Assembly (NCBI GenBank): GCA_963731595.1
Contig: CAVSWE010000003.1
Location: 236,948 to 300,947 of the forward strand
Reading direction: 5' to 3'
Length of the DNA stretch: 64,000 nt
DNA from: an uncultured delta proteobacterium
GTDB lineage: Bacteria > Myxococcota_A > Polyangia > Polyangiales > Polyangiaceae
This document shows, in pieces, positions 38,681 to 50,927 of this stretch; positions within the stretch are counted from its first letter, which is position 1; each line of letters starts with the position of its first letter. The translations under genes were made by a program, and so were the position numbers. Under the pieces are notes generated by a model that worked only from the letters and a program-made list of their open reading frames with translations, was not told the DNA's origin and ran no database searches.

Positions 38681-41589
38681 TCAACGCGTCAATTTGGATA
38701 CCTGCGATGCCGGCAGCGGCTGCGCCCGCGCGCAGGCGTCAACCAGGGTGATGATCGAGCGATACGGAAAGCCTGCTTGCTCGGACAGGCCGATCTCGCA
38801 GGTGCGGCTCGACGAATAGCCGACCTTGCACCCCGCCGGTAGCGCCGCGTGCAGGTGCCGGAGCGCGAATTCGTTTAGCTCCGGACGGTCGAAGCCCTTT
38901 TCGCCGGCAAAGCCGCAGCAGAGCACCTCTTCCACCACCACGACCTTGCTGCTGCAGCGCGAGGCGATAGCGGCGAGCTTGTCGACTGTGCCCATCTTGC
39001 GCACGCTGCACACCGGGTGGATCGCAACCGGGGTATCGATGGGCTCGATGGCGACACGGGGCAGCACCGAATCGTGAAGGAACTCGATGCCGTCCTGCAC
39101 GGCGAGGCGTCCCGCGAGATAGCGCTGCATGCGATAGGAACAGGGGCTGGTGTCGAAGACGATTGGCCACCGCCCGTTGTCGTTGGCTTCGCGCAAGGCA
39201 AGCTCCAACTGCGCGGCCTTGCGGTCGGCCACTGCCGCCAGGCCCTTGCTTTCGAACGGCTGGCCACAGCAGAGCTCGGTAAGCCGCTGCGGATACGACA
39301 CCTCGAATCCTGCTTTGCGGAACAGGCGCTCGGCGGTTGCGGGCACGGCCTCGGTATCGTCGCCGCGTTGACCACCCATGTTCCGGCTGGCGCAGCTCGG
39401 AAAGTAGACGACGCGGTCGACGTTCGGAGACGGCGTGTGGGGGACGGACGAAAATTGATCGGCCGTGGCAGCGCCGGCGACCATTTGGGCAACGCGCCGC
39501 CCGAGAGGATGCGCAAACCTCCAAGCGAGGCCTGCATCGCCTTCGTGCCAACGAGCCCGTGCAGCATGTCGGCGGCGGCGAGGCCTGCGCGCACGCCACC
39601 GGTAGCCGCACCGTAGTGGTCGGCGACAAGTTCGGCAATGCGCTGGGTTAGCGGGCCTGCCCGTCGTCCCCGCAATGCCTTGATCAGAATCCCGGTTTCG
39701 ATACCCACCGGACACGCCGTCGCGCACAGCCCGCACGCGGCGCAGGTGTCGATGCCATGATAGTCGTACAGCGCGCGCAAACTGGAGACTTCGCTGTCGA
39801 CCCCGGCACTGCGCTTCGAGCCGCGCGATTTCGCGCCAGCCGACGATGCGCTGCCGCGGCGACAGCGTAAGCCCGTGCGAAGGGCACTTGGGCTCGCAGA
39901 AACCCACACTCGATGCAACGGTCGACGATCACATCGCAGACGGGCAGCGGTTTGAGGTTCTTTAGGTGCGCTTCGCGGTCGGCGTTGAGAATGACGCCGG
40001 GGTTGAGCAAGCCTTCCGGGTCGAACAGGCGCTTGATCTGCCACATCAGGGCATACGCTTCGGCGCCCCATTCCAATTCGACGAAGGGCGCGATATTGCG
40101 TCCCGTGCCATGCTCGGCCTTGAGCGAACCGTCATACTTCTCGACAACCAGCGGGCACAGTGCGTCCATGAAACCCCGATAGCGCTCGATCTCGGCGGCA
40201 ACGTTGAAGTCCTGCGTAAACACGAAGTGCAGGTTGCCTTCGAGCGCGTGCCCGAAAATGATGGCGTCGGGATAACCATGCGCCGCGAGCAGCCGCTGCA
40301 GATCGAGGGTTGCTTCGGCCAGGCGCTCGACGGGAAAGGCGACGTCTTCGATGATCACGGTGGTGCCCGCCTTGCGCATCGCCCCCACCGAGGGAAACAT
40401 GCCTTTGCGCACGTTCCACAAGCGTGCGCATTCTTGCGCGTCGGTGGAGAAGCGGATCGGCTCGGCGGTGTGAATCCCCGCCAGGGCGGCGTGGATTGCG
40501 CGCACCTGAGCGGCGAGCACGGTGCCGTCCGCAGCGCGGGTTTCCACCAGCAGCGCGGCCCCGCCGGGGCCCAGCTATGCGGATGCCCTGCGGCAAGCCC
40601 GGCTCTGCTTCGACCGAACGCAAGGCGGCGCGATCGGCGAGCTCGACCGCCGCAACCGGCGCGCTCTTGAGCGCAGTGACTGCCCGGCACGCGGTCTCCA
40701 GGTCGCCAAAGAGGATGAGCGCACTGGCCTTGTCGGCATATTCCGGGACCGTGCGGTAGGTGATTTCGCTGATGAACCCCAGGGTGCCCTCGGAGCCGAT
40801 CATCAGGTGCGGGAGGATATCGAGCGGATCCTCGAAGTCCACCAGCGCATTGAGGCTGTAGCCGGTGGTGTTCTTCAGGCGGAACTTGTGCCGGATGCGT
40901 GCGGCTAGGCTTTCGTTGGCGCGGACAGCCTGAGCCAGCGCGTCGAGCTCTCGCACAAGCTGCTGCTTTCGTTCCAGGAATGCCGCTCGGCTCCCCGCCT
41001 CGCGCGTATCGAGCACCGTGCCGTCGGCAAGCACCACACGCATCCCAGCGAGCGTGCGATAGCTGTTTTGTGCCGTCCCGCAGCACATCCCGCTGGCATT
41101 GTTGGCGACGATGCCGCCGATCTTTGCCGTGTCGATCGACGCAGGGTCTGGCCCGATCTTGCGGCCGAAGCTCGAAAGTCGACGGTTTGCCGCCGCACCA
41201 ATCACTCCGGGTTGCAGGGTGACTGTCCCGCCATCTTCGCCAATCTCGCAGCGCCGCCAATTGTCGCCGAGCAGCACGAGCACCGAGTCGGTGATCGCCT
41301 GCCCCGAAAGGCTGGTTCCGGCGGCTCGGAACGTTACCGGCGCGCCCAATCGTGCGCAGGCCGCCAGCAGGCGTATCACTTCTTCTTCGCTTTCGACCAC
41401 AGCCGCGATCGCGGGGACCAGACGATAGAAGCTCGCATCCGTCCCCCAGGTCAGCAAGCGCAAGGGATCGGTGATCAGGCGCTCCGCCGGGATAAACGCT
41501 GCCGCCTCGCGGTAAAGCTCAGCGTATGGCCGACGAAGCGCCGGCCCAGCAGGGATGCGACGAGCGGCGTGCACTTGGGTCCCGGGCAA
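38681..41589 (-). CDS. Large FAD-binding, 4Fe-4S and tandem-CCG-domain D-lactate (D-2-hydroxyacid) dehydrogenase, Dld-II/YdiJ-like (~960 aa); at least 2 frame changes
   Basis: FAD_binding_4 (..FRAAGTSLSGQAI..), FAD-oxidase C-terminal domain (..EHGTGRNIAPF..), CIECGFCEPKCPS, CAACGLCATACPVG, CCGQPFESKG, CCGFAGEKGF; read across three frames. Confidence 0.75.
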
Positions 41590-42550
41590 TAGAGACGATC
41601 AATGCCCAACGCGGGGTGTGAATGGCGGGAAGCGAACCTGCACGGTTCCCCGCCGTTCCGTCGGCGCCGCCCGTACCCGGGGGCGAGCCCGTTTGAGAGC
41701 GCCGGCGGGGGTACGCGACATCGGTGGCAGCACGGGCGCCCTGCGAACGGCAGGCGCGAGGTGGTCAATCATGATCGCGGACCTTGCAAAGCTGCATTGC
41801 GCTGGTGCCCGCGGGTCGGTCGCGGAGTTCCAAAGCAGGAGTACCCCAGTAGCCCGCTCATTCCTGTTGCTCCAGTTAGCCTGCGCACTCCGCGGATCGC
41901 ATGCCGCCCTCGGCGGTCTTCGCCGCCTTACGCGGCTCCAAGGCGCGGTCCTTGCGGTATAACGAAACGCGGCCCCTCCCGTGCGCGGCCCATCGAGACA
42001 CGGTACGGAAGGTTGCCGTAACTTACTCTGCGCTCGGCGGACGGGGTTTGATCTAAGTCATTGCCAGCGTACTAAGGGGTGCGAGGCCGAATCGCCTTTG
42101 CACTGATGGTCAGTGGCTCCGACAAGGGCAGGAGACCTGGTGCCGGTTCGACTGGCGGTTTTCCTCCCTCTGGTTGGGCGGCTTGGACACCGACGGTCCG
42201 GACATTCACACCCGGCTCGGCGGAGGCTCCAGACTCGCAGGGCGCCTCCTGGTCCCGGTGCCACAAGCAACGATCGACAGCGCCGTTCACGACCGTTGAT
42301 CCAAGTCAAACGGGCGCCGACATGGCGCGTTTACTGTATGCCAACCGTCGAAGGGCAAGTCTGACGTAACGCCCCTGCCGGTGCAAATGAGGCGTTGCCC
42401 AGCGTGCCCACGGATTTCCCGAGGCCATGAAACGAATCGATCCGCCACGGAAGCAAAGCCGGGAGGAGCGAAGCAGCGCTTGTCCCGCACGGTTGGCGTC
42501 GATCTGGCAAGCAACTGGGCCGATTGCAGCAGCGTCGCGCTTTGGTGGGC

Positions 42551-42917
42551 AGTGAATCCGTACGTCGCATTCCTGCTCTACCTGCTGGCCATCCTCGGGT
42601 TCGTATTCGTCACGCTAGTGATGAACCGTTACCTCGGACCCAAGCCAGCCGCGTCGATGCTTAAACAGGAGCCCTTCGAGTGCGGTGCCACGCCCGTCGA
42701 CACGCGGAACACCCGGGCGGTCCCGATCAAGTATTACGGCGTCGCCATCGCCTTCATGCTCTTCGATCTGGAGACGGTTTTTCTTTTCATCTGGGCGCTT
42801 GGGGCGCAGCCGCTCACCGGGTTTATGCTCTTCACCTTCTTCTTGTTCGCCTTCCTGCTGCTCCTGATCCTGCTGTACGTGTATCGGTCCCGGCTTCTGG
42901 ATGCGGTGACGGAGTGA
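42551..42917 (+). CDS. nuoA: NADH-quinone oxidoreductase subunit A
   Basis: ..YLGPKP..KQEPFECG..KYYGVAIAFMLFDLETVFLFIWA..; GTG start. Confidence 0.85.
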
Positions 42918-42919
42918 CC

Positions 42920-43435
42920 ATGCCCCGCGCCACGATTCCGATCCAGCCGGCACACGCGCGGTCCGCCGCATTCGACTATTTCTCGACCAAGAAGGACGAG
43001 TTTGTCGGCTGGGCGCGCAAGTTCTCGCTGTTTCCGTATCCCTTTGTAACCGCCTGCTGCGCGATGGAATTCATGGCCGTGAGCTCGACGCCTTATGACA
43101 CCGACCGCTTCGGCGCCGCCCTGCCGCGCTTTTCGCCGCGTCAGTCCGACCTGCTCATGGTGGTGGGGACGGTTACGCACAAGCAAGCCCCGATCCTGCT
43201 CAAAGTCTACGCGCAAATGTGCGAACCCAAATGGGTGATGGCTTTCGGCGCGTGCGCGACAAGCGGCGGGTTCTATCAGAACTACGCTGCGGTGGCCGGA
43301 ATCGACAAGATCATACCGGTGGATGTCTACGTCCCAGGCTGTCCGCCGCGACCGGAAACGGTCATCGATGCGATCATGCAGCTGCAGGACAGGATCGCAT
43401 CCTCGCAGCATCGGATCATCACCGCGAGCTTCTGA
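42920..43435 (+). CDS. nuoB: NADH-quinone oxidoreductase subunit B
   Basis: ..CCAMEFMAVSSTPYDTDRFG..GACATSGGFY..VPGCPPRPE.. Confidence 0.9.
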   Translation: MPRATIPIQPAHARSAAFDYFSTKKDEFVGWARKFSLFPYPFVTACCAMEFMAVSSTPYDTDRFGAALPRFSPRQSDLLMVVGTVTHKQAPILLKVYAQMCEPKWVMAFGACATSGGFYQNYAAVAGIDKIIPVDVYVPGCPPRPETVIDAIMQLQDRIASSQHRIITASF

Positions 43436-43437
43436 CA

Positions 43438-43911
43438 ATGCCTCCGGCGATCCTCGATCTGATGCGCCGCGAGCTCGTTTCCCCGACAGGCGAGGCGAGC
43501 ATGTCGCACGGCATGTTGGTGCTGACGGCCCCCCCCGCCGCTATCCTCGGAAGCGCGCGCCGCCTCGCCTCGGAGTTTGGCTTCGATCTTTTTCTCGACG
43601 TGACTGCAGTCGATTGGCCGCAGCGCGCGCCGCGGTTTGACGTCGTGTATCACTTCTACTCCACCGCCCACCGGATCCGGGTCCGGCTGAAGACCCGCGT
43701 CCCCGAGGCAGAGCCCGTCGTCGATTCGCTCGTATCCCTCTACGGCTCGGCGCACTTCATGGAACGCGAGTGCCATGACATGTACGGCATCGTTTTTCGC
43801 GGCAACCCGGACCTGCGGCCCATCCTGCTCTACGAGGGCTTCCAGGGTCACCCGCTGCGCAAGGACTACCGCAAGGACCAGGAGCAGCCCCTGGTCGCCT
43901 ACCGGACATGA
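43438..43911 (+). CDS. nuoC: NADH-quinone oxidoreductase subunit C (not fused to D)
   Basis: ..FDLFLDVTAVDW..FDVVYHFYS..ERECHDMYGIVF.. Confidence 0.85.
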   Translation: MPPAILDLMRRELVSPTGEASMSHGMLVLTAPPAAILGSARRLASEFGFDLFLDVTAVDWPQRAPRFDVVYHFYSTAHRIRVRLKTRVPEAEPVVDSLVSLYGSAHFMERECHDMYGIVFRGNPDLRPILLYEGFQGHPLRKDYRKDQEQPLVAYRT

Positions 43912-45152
43912 TGAGGCCGACCTTGGATAGCCGATTGGATACCCCGCTTGCCAATCCCATCCGCCCGGCCTTCGAGCGCGGTGAAGACGACGATACGGTC
44001 GTCGTCAGCATCGGTCCGTCGCATCCCGCCACGCACGGTACCCTCCAGGTCATCGCCGCGCTGGACGGCGAGAAAGTGCAGCGCGTGGACGTGCACTGCG
44101 GTTATCTCCACCGTGGCTTCGAAAAGGAGTGCGAAGACCATACTTGGCACAACCTGATGCCCTACGTCGACCGGCTCAATTACTGTTCCGGCTTGATCAA
44201 CGACTTCGCGTACTGTGAGGCCGTCGAGACGCTGCTCGGCGTCGAGATCACGCCGCGCTGCCGCTATCTGCGCACCCTGCTCTCGGAGTACTCGCGCGTC
44301 GCCGATCACCTGACCTGCGTGGCGGCGTCGCTGATGGAACTCGGGGCGATGACGGCATTCCTCTATCTGGTGATGGTCCGCGATTACGTCTACGAGCACC
44401 TTGCGGACCTCACCGGCGCGCGCGTGACTTACACCTATGGCCGCATCGGAGGGCTCGCCCGCGATCTACCCGTCGGCTGGCTTAAACGCCTGGGCGACAT
44501 TCTGGATCAGTACGAGCTATTCATTGCCCGCATTCACGGGCTCATGGACCGCAATCGCATCTTCATCGACCGCACCCGCGACGTGGGCGTGATCTCGACC
44601 GCCGACGCGATCAACTGGGGCTTCACCGGGCCGATACTGCGTTCGACCGGCGCTCCCCGCGACCTGCGCAAGGATACTCCCTACCTCGCATATGCCGAGC
44701 TGGATTTCGACATTCCGGTCGGCATCAAGGGCGACAACTACGATCGCTACTACGTTCGCATGCGGGAGATGGACGAATCGGTGTACATGATCCGGCAGCT
44801 GATGGATCTGCTTCCGGAAGGGCCGCTCAACGTCGACGACCGCCGCTGCTCCCTGCCGGAGAAGCGCCTCGTGTACACGGAGATCGAGTCGCTGATAAAC
44901 CACTTCAAGCTGATCATGGACGGGCCGGACGTTCCTCCCGGCGAGGTCTACACGGCGCACGAGGCGGCCAACGGCGAGCTTGGGTTCTACCTGGTGAGCA
45001 CCGGCGGCGGAATGCCCTACAAGTTTCACGTCCGCTCGCCCAGTTTCGTCCATATGGGCGGGCTGCAGCGCCTGCTCGAAGGATACCAGCTTGCCGACAT
45101 CATTCCGACCTTCGGGTCGGTGAACATGATCGGTGGGGAATGCGACCGATAA
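43908..45152 (+). CDS. nuoD: NADH-quinone oxidoreductase subunit D (intact, 414 aa)
   Basis: ..IGPSHPATHGTL..; full-length uninterrupted ORF. Confidence 0.9.
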   Translation: MMRPTLDSRLDTPLANPIRPAFERGEDDDTVVVSIGPSHPATHGTLQVIAALDGEKVQRVDVHCGYLHRGFEKECEDHTWHNLMPYVDRLNYCSGLINDFAYCEAVETLLGVEITPRCRYLRTLLSEYSRVADHLTCVAASLMELGAMTAFLYLVMVRDYVYEHLADLTGARVTYTYGRIGGLARDLPVGWLKRLGDILDQYELFIARIHGLMDRNRIFIDRTRDVGVISTADAINWGFTGPILRSTGAPRDLRKDTPYLAYAELDFDIPVGIKGDNYDRYYVRMREMDESVYMIRQLMDLLPEGPLNVDDRRCSLPEKRLVYTEIESLINHFKLIMDGPDVPPGEVYTAHEAANGELGFYLVSTGGGMPYKFHVRSPSFVHMGGLQRLLEGYQLADIIPTFGSVNMIGGECDR

Positions 45153-45169
45153 AGCACCGTGAGCGACCG

Positions 45170-45635
45170 ATGCAACACCTGATTCCGGAATTCGAAAACC
45201 TGCGCGCCCGATATCCGGCCGGTTTCGCGTCTTCGCTCGTGCTGCCATGCCTGCGCCGCATCCAGGAAGACCGCGGCTACGTGGCCGACGCGGACATCGA
45301 CGGCCTCGTCGCTTATCTCGGCGTGCCGCGCATCCAGATCGAGGAAGTGCTGAGCTTCTACGGGCAGTTGCGCGCGCAAGCCCATCGGCCGCTGCCACAT
45401 CCAGGCCTGCCGCAACCTGTCGTGCTCGTTGCTGGGTGCGGAGCGGATCCTCGAGCATCTGAGCCGAAAGCTCGGCATCGCGCCGGGCGAGACCACTGCC
45501 GACGGCCGCTTCACGCTGTCGACGGTCGAGTGCCTGGCCGCCTGCGGCACCGCGCCGGTGGTAATGGTCGACGACACCTACCACGAGAGCATGACGCCGG
45601 AGAAGGTCGACGCCCTGCTCGGGGCGCTGCGCTGA
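45170..45635 (+). CDS. nuoE: NADH-quinone oxidoreductase subunit E, 1 frame change (~45390)
   Basis: MQHLIPEFENLRARYP.. | ..CRNLSCSLLGAERILEHL..VECLAACGTAPVVMVDD. Confidence 0.85.
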
Positions 45636-45636
45636 C

Positions 45637-46938
45637 ATGCCGAACACCAAGCTCCTGATGACGTTTCCGGTAACGGCGAGCTCGCACACGCTCGCCGAAT
45701 ATCGCGCGCGCGGCGGCTACGGCGGCACTGGAGAAGGCGCTGCGGCAGATGACGCCGCAGCAGGTCGCCGCGGAGGTCAATGCTTCGGGCATTCAGGGGC
45801 GCGGCGGCGCGGCCTTTCCCATGGGTCGCAAATGGGCGGTCGTGAACCCGAACGACGGCCAGCCGCACTACCTCTGCGCCAACGCGGACGAGGGCGAGCC
45901 AGGGACTTTCAAGGATCGCTGGATCCTCGAATACGCGCCGCACCTGCTGCTCGAATCGATGCTCATCGCCGCGTACGCGCTGCAGGTGCGCCACGCGTTC
46001 GTCTACATTCGCGGCGAGTTCGACCGGCCGTATCGCCGTCTCGCCGCCGCGGTGGAAGAAGCCTACACAGCCGGCTATTTCGGTCAAGGCATACTCGGCA
46101 GCGACTTCGCGTGCGACCTCGTGATCTATCGCGGCGCGGGCTCCTACGTATGCGGCGAAGCCTCGGCGCTGATCACCTCGATCGAGGGCAAGCGGGGATA
46201 CCCGCGCAATCGGCCGCCGCGCCTAACGGTGCGCGGCCTGTATCAGAAGCCCACCGTCATCAACAACGTCGAGACACTGTCCAACATCGCCTGGATCATC
46301 ACTCACGGCGGCGCAGCGTTCAGCAAGGTGGGGACGACGAAGGAGCCCGGCACACGACTGATCTCGATCTCCGGCCATATCGCCCGTCCAGGCGTCTACG
46401 AGATCGAGATCGGCTACCCTTTCGCCAAGTTCATCTACGAGGATTGCGGCGGCGTGCTCGGCGGGCGGGCGCTCAAGGGGGTCATTCCGGGCGGTATCTC
46501 GACCAAGGTGCTGACCGGCAGCGAAATCGAGCCGCTCACCCTCGACAACCAGGTCCCTCCAGAGCCGCCGGCTCCTCGATGGGTTCGGGCGGCATGATCG
46601 TCATCGCCGAGGGCACGTGCATGGTGCGCCTGCTGCAGGTGCTGCTGCGCTTCTACCACCACGAGTCGTGCGGCCAATGCACGCCCTGCCGCGAGGGCAT
46701 GGGCTGGCTGCATCGCATCATCGACCGCATCGTCGCCGGCGACGGGGCGTCCCGAGGACATCGAGCGCCTGTACCAGATCTCCGCCTGGAACGACGGCAC
46801 GACGATCTGCGGCATGGGCGACGCCGCCGGCTACGCGACCAGCGGAATCCTGAACAAGTTTCGCGACGAGTTCGAGTACTACATCGAGCACAAGCGGTCG
46901 CGCTGCAACGGAACGCTGGAATGCCCGAGATCTTCATA
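45637..46938 (+). CDS. nuoF: NADH-quinone oxidoreductase subunit F, at least 3 frame changes
   Basis: ..GIQGRGGAAFPMGRKW..YLCANADEGEPGTFKDR..ESCGQCTPCREG..TTICGMGDAAG.. Confidence 0.85.
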
Positions 46939-48373
46939 AACGGGCAATCGGTCCAGGCCGAGCGCGATCAGAGCATTCTGCAGGCGGCTCTGGCAAACGG
47001 CTTCTACATCCCGAATTTCTGCTGGCATCCGGAGCTGTCGGTCGCCGGGCAACTGCCGCATCTGCGCGGTCCAGGTCGAGGGCCGCAGCTGGGCGGAAAT
47101 CGCCTGCAACATGCCGGTTGTCGAGGGCTTGCGCGTGCTCACCGACTCCGACGTGGTGAAGGCGTACCGCAAGTCGATCATGCAACTCATGACGCTCAAT
47201 CATCCGGTCGACTGTGGCATCTGCGACAAGGCCGGCGAGTGCAAGCTGCAGGACTATCACTACAAGTTCAACGGCTCGCCCTCCATATCACGCGACGCCA
47301 AGGTGCGCTCGACCAAGTTCCATCCGCTCTCCGAGCGCATCATGATCGACAACGAGCGCTGCATCCTCTGCTCGCGTTGCGTGCGCTTCACGCGAGAAAT
47401 ATCGAAGTCGAATGCACTGGGGATCGTGCAGCGTGGCGACACCTCGCTGGTACGCGCCGCCGAGGACCACCCGCTCGACGCCGACCCCTATTCCGACAAC
47501 ATCATCGACCTCTGTCCGGTCGGTGCCCTGCTATCGCGTGCCATTCCTGTACCGGGCGCGGGTGTGGTATCTCAAGCCCACGCCATCGGTCTGTCCCGGG
47601 TGCGCACGCGGCTGCACCGTGCAGATCTGGCACCGCAAGCCCGAGTGGAAGCTCAACGCGCTTGACCCACGGCGCAACTTCGCTATCGAGCGCGTGACGC
47701 CGCTCGAGAACCGCCAGGTCAACGGCCTCTGGATCTGCAACAAGGGACGCGACCTAGCGCAGATCTTCGAGCGCCCGCGCGCGGAACAGGCGATGCAGAA
47801 AGGCGTTGCCGTCGACTTGGCAGCGGCGCTTGATGCGCGCGCGGCGGCTGCTCGACGGCGCCAGGCGCCCGGTCGCGCTGGTGTCGAGCTGGGGCTCGAA
47901 CGAAGAGCTCGAAGCGTTCAAGCACGGCGCTCGGCGCGCGCTTCGCCGCCTTGGTCAAGCAGGACTGGGCGCCGCAGCCCGGCGAACGGCTCGACGACGG
48001 CCTGCTCATCCGCGCGGACAAGAATCCCAACACGCGCCGCGGCCTGCGCGTTGTTCCCGCACTGCAGGACGACGGCACGCGCGCCTTGGCCGAGGATACC
48101 GACCTGGTGCTGATCTGGGGCGAGGGCTTCGACTTCGCGCGCGTGCCTGCCGGCGGCACGGACCATCTTCCTCAACTCCTATCTGCAGCCGGAAAACGGC
48201 CACGCCGACGTATTCATTCCGATCAGCATCCAGACCGAGCGACGCGGGCACTACACCAATTTCGCCGGCATCGTGAGCGCCTTCGAGACGTGCTTCCCGA
48301 AGAAGGCGTCGGTCGCCGACGCCGAGACGCTGTTCGCCGCGATCGCCGCGCCCGAAGAGATCGCCGGCATGAT
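46921..48373 (+). CDS. nuoG: NADH-quinone oxidoreductase subunit G, compact form (~480 aa), several frame changes
   Basis: MPEIFINGQSVQAE..IPNFCWHPELS..; HPVDCGICDKAGECKLQD; CILCSRCVRF; CPVGAL; N7-like CPGCARGC..ICNKGR; C-terminal ..IPISIQTERRGHYTNFAGIVSAFE..; bounded by the nuoF stop (46938) and the nuoH start (48370). Confidence 0.75.
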
Positions 48374-49518
48374 CCAGGATCTGGTCGTCTATCTGGTCTT
48401 CATCGCCTACGCGGTGGCGGTGTTGCTCGTGTTCGGGACCGTGCTCACCTGGGTCGAGCGCAAGCAGGCGCGCCATCATGGCCGACCGAATCGGCGCCAA
48501 TCGCGCCTACGTCCGCATCCCATTCACGCAGATCAAGCTCGTGTGGTGGGGGCTGTTCCACGGCCTCGCCGACGGGCTCAAGATGATGCTGAAGGAGGAC
48601 TTCAGGCCCAACGCCTACGACCGATTCGCCTACGCGCTCGCGCCCTGGGCCGTATTCACCCCGGTGCTGCTCGTCTTCGCGGTGATCCCCTTCGGCGGCG
48701 TGCTCGTGCCGGCCAAGCTGCTGCACGCTGCACCGGCGCTCTCCGCCTGGTTCGGCGACCGGGCCTACCCGATGCAGATCGCCCGCGTCGATGCCGGGCT
48801 GCTCGTGGTGTTCGCTTTCGGCGGCTTGACGATCATCGGCACCATGCTTGCGGGCTGGTCGTCGTCAAACAAGTTCTCGCTGCTGGGTGCGCTGCGCGCC
48901 GGCTCGCAGATGATCTCCTACGAGCTGATCATGGGGCTCACCGTTCTCGGGCTCATCCTCATCTATGGCACGGTCGACCTCAACGCCATCGTGCAGCAGC
49001 AGTCGGGTGTGCTGCTGGGATTCCTCCCCGCGTGGGGCATCTTTCTCCAGCCCTTCGCGGCCATTCTTTTCCTGACCGCCGCGATCGCCGAGAACAAACG
49101 CATACCCTTCGATCTGCCGGAGGCGGAGTCGGAGCTAATCGCCGGCTACTTCACCGAGTACAGCGCGATGAAGATGGGGCTGTTCATGTTCGCCGAGTTT
49201 ATCGAGATCGCGATCATCGGCGCGCTGTTCACGACGCTCTTCCTGGGCGGCTACAACTTGCCATTCATGACCGACGATGGATTTGTCTTGCCGGGGAATC
49301 ATGCCCTGTCGCTCGGCCACGGCGTGATCGTCGTGATCCAGCTCTTCGTGTTCCTGGTCAAGGTGCTGCTCATGTCGAGCTTCCAGATCCTGGTGCGCTG
49401 GACCCTGCCGCGCTTTCGCTGGGACCAGCTGCTGCGCTTCGCCTGGAAGTTCATGTTTCCGCTGGCGCTGGCCAACCTGACGGTAACCGCCGTCGTCGTC
49501 TGGGCGCTGCGTCCCTAG
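48370..49518 (+). CDS. nuoH: NADH-quinone oxidoreductase subunit H, 1 frame change near 48470
   Basis: MIQDLVVYLVFIAYAVAVLLVFGTVLTWVERKQ | ..GANR..GLADGLKMMLKED.. Confidence 0.85.
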
Positions 49519-49539
49519 CCTGCCCGCGCCGCAACCCCC

Positions 49540-50118
49540 ATGAAGCCCTACGCGCGCAAGCAGTATTGGAATCGTCCCACCATGTCGTGGTGGGAGCGTG
49601 CGTACTTGCCAGAGATCTTGCGCGGCCTCGGCATCACCGGCGGGGTATTCCTCAGGAACATGGGGCGCTGGATCACCCTGCGCAAGGGTGCGCTCACGAC
49701 CTACTATCCCGAAGAAACCCGACCCGACTACGCCGCAGGCAACCGCGGCAAGCATGTGCTGACCCAGCGACCCGACGGCCGGCCGCAGTGCATCGCCTGC
49801 AACCTGTGCGCGACGGTATGCCCGGCGAAGGTCATCGAGATCGAGGCCGGCGTTCGATCCGGACGACCCGGCCCATCCAAAATATCCCGCCCGCTTCGAG
49901 ATCGACTATTCGCGCTGCATTTTCTGCGGGCTGTGCGTCGAGGCCTGCCCGGAAGACGCGATCCGCATGGTCAAGGAAGTGCCTAATCTGCCGACGCGCC
50001 GACCGGCCGGCAGCTGTGGCTGTCGCTCGACGAACTGCTCACCTGGAATCCGCAGCGCGACGTCGCCAAACCCTATCCACCGAAAGGCGGCTGCCGCGAG
50101 GCGAAGGGGCCCTCATGA
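49540..50118 (+). CDS. nuoI: NADH-quinone oxidoreductase subunit I (2x[4Fe-4S]), 2 frame changes
   Basis: ..[13 protein letters not shown].. | ..[16 protein letters not shown].. Confidence 0.85.
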
Positions 50119-50629
50119 TCGAGACCTGGCTCCTCTGGCTGTTCGCCGGCACGTCGCTCGCCGCCGCCACCTCGATGCTGGTGCTGCGGCACCCGATGCG
50201 TGTCGCGCTGGCACTGATCGCCACCATGCTTTCGCTCGCCGGCGTCTACGCCCTGCTCGGCGTGCACGTCATCGCGGTGTTCCAGGTGCTCATCTACGTC
50301 GGCGCGGTGATGGTGTTCATCGTTTACGCGATCATGCTTCTGGACGTTCGCGATCGCTCCTTCACGCGTCGCTTCTCGCGGCTGCTGCTGCCCGGCGTCG
50401 CCGGCGGCGCTGCTGCTCCTCACGATCCTCGCTGCACGCCTTATGGCGCGCCGCTGCCCGCGACGAACGGCGCGGTCGGGCAAGCGGCACGCTGTTTCGC
50501 CTGAAGCACTTCTCGGCCGAGTTTCTGGGCGCGTACTGGCTGCAATTCGAACTCGTCTCCGTGCTGCTGGTCGCCGCCGTCGTGGCGGCGCTGGCCGTGA
50601 CTCGAAGTGGGACGCGGCACCGTGGATAA
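50115..50629 (+). CDS. nuoJ: NADH-quinone oxidoreductase subunit J, frame changes
   Basis: [27 protein letters not shown]..; C-terminus ..[35 protein letters not shown]. Confidence 0.8.
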
Positions 50630-50924
50630 CGTACAGCTGCTCATCGCGACGTCGCGCGGCGCTGTTCGCGCTGGGACTGCTTGGCGTCATCGTGCGGCGT
50701 AACGTACTGGTCATGCTGATGTGCATGGAGCTCATGCTCAACGGCGTCAACCTGGCCCTGGTGACGTTCGCGCAGCAGACCGCTACTGCAGCTGGGGCGG
50801 TGCTCGTCTTCCTGGTCTTCGTGTCGCCACCGCCGAAATCGCCATCGCCATTCCCATCGTGCTGCTGCTCGTGCGGCGCAAGGACGAGCTCGACTTGGAC
50901 GCGTACGCGGACCTGAAGGGATAG
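50622..50924 (+). CDS. nuoK: NADH-quinone oxidoreductase subunit K, frame changes
   Basis: ..[51 protein letters not shown]. Confidence 0.8.
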
Positions 50925-50927
50925 CCG

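Noticed and set aside
41590-42550. tRNA-Leu/secG upstream of nuoA (common in Betaproteobacteria)
   Set aside because: Searched for GGTTCGA-type T-arms and Leu anticodon arms; only imperfect matches (for example GCCGGTTCGACTGGCGG at about 42150) with no foldable cloverleaf. The upstream neighbour here is the D-LDH gene instead.
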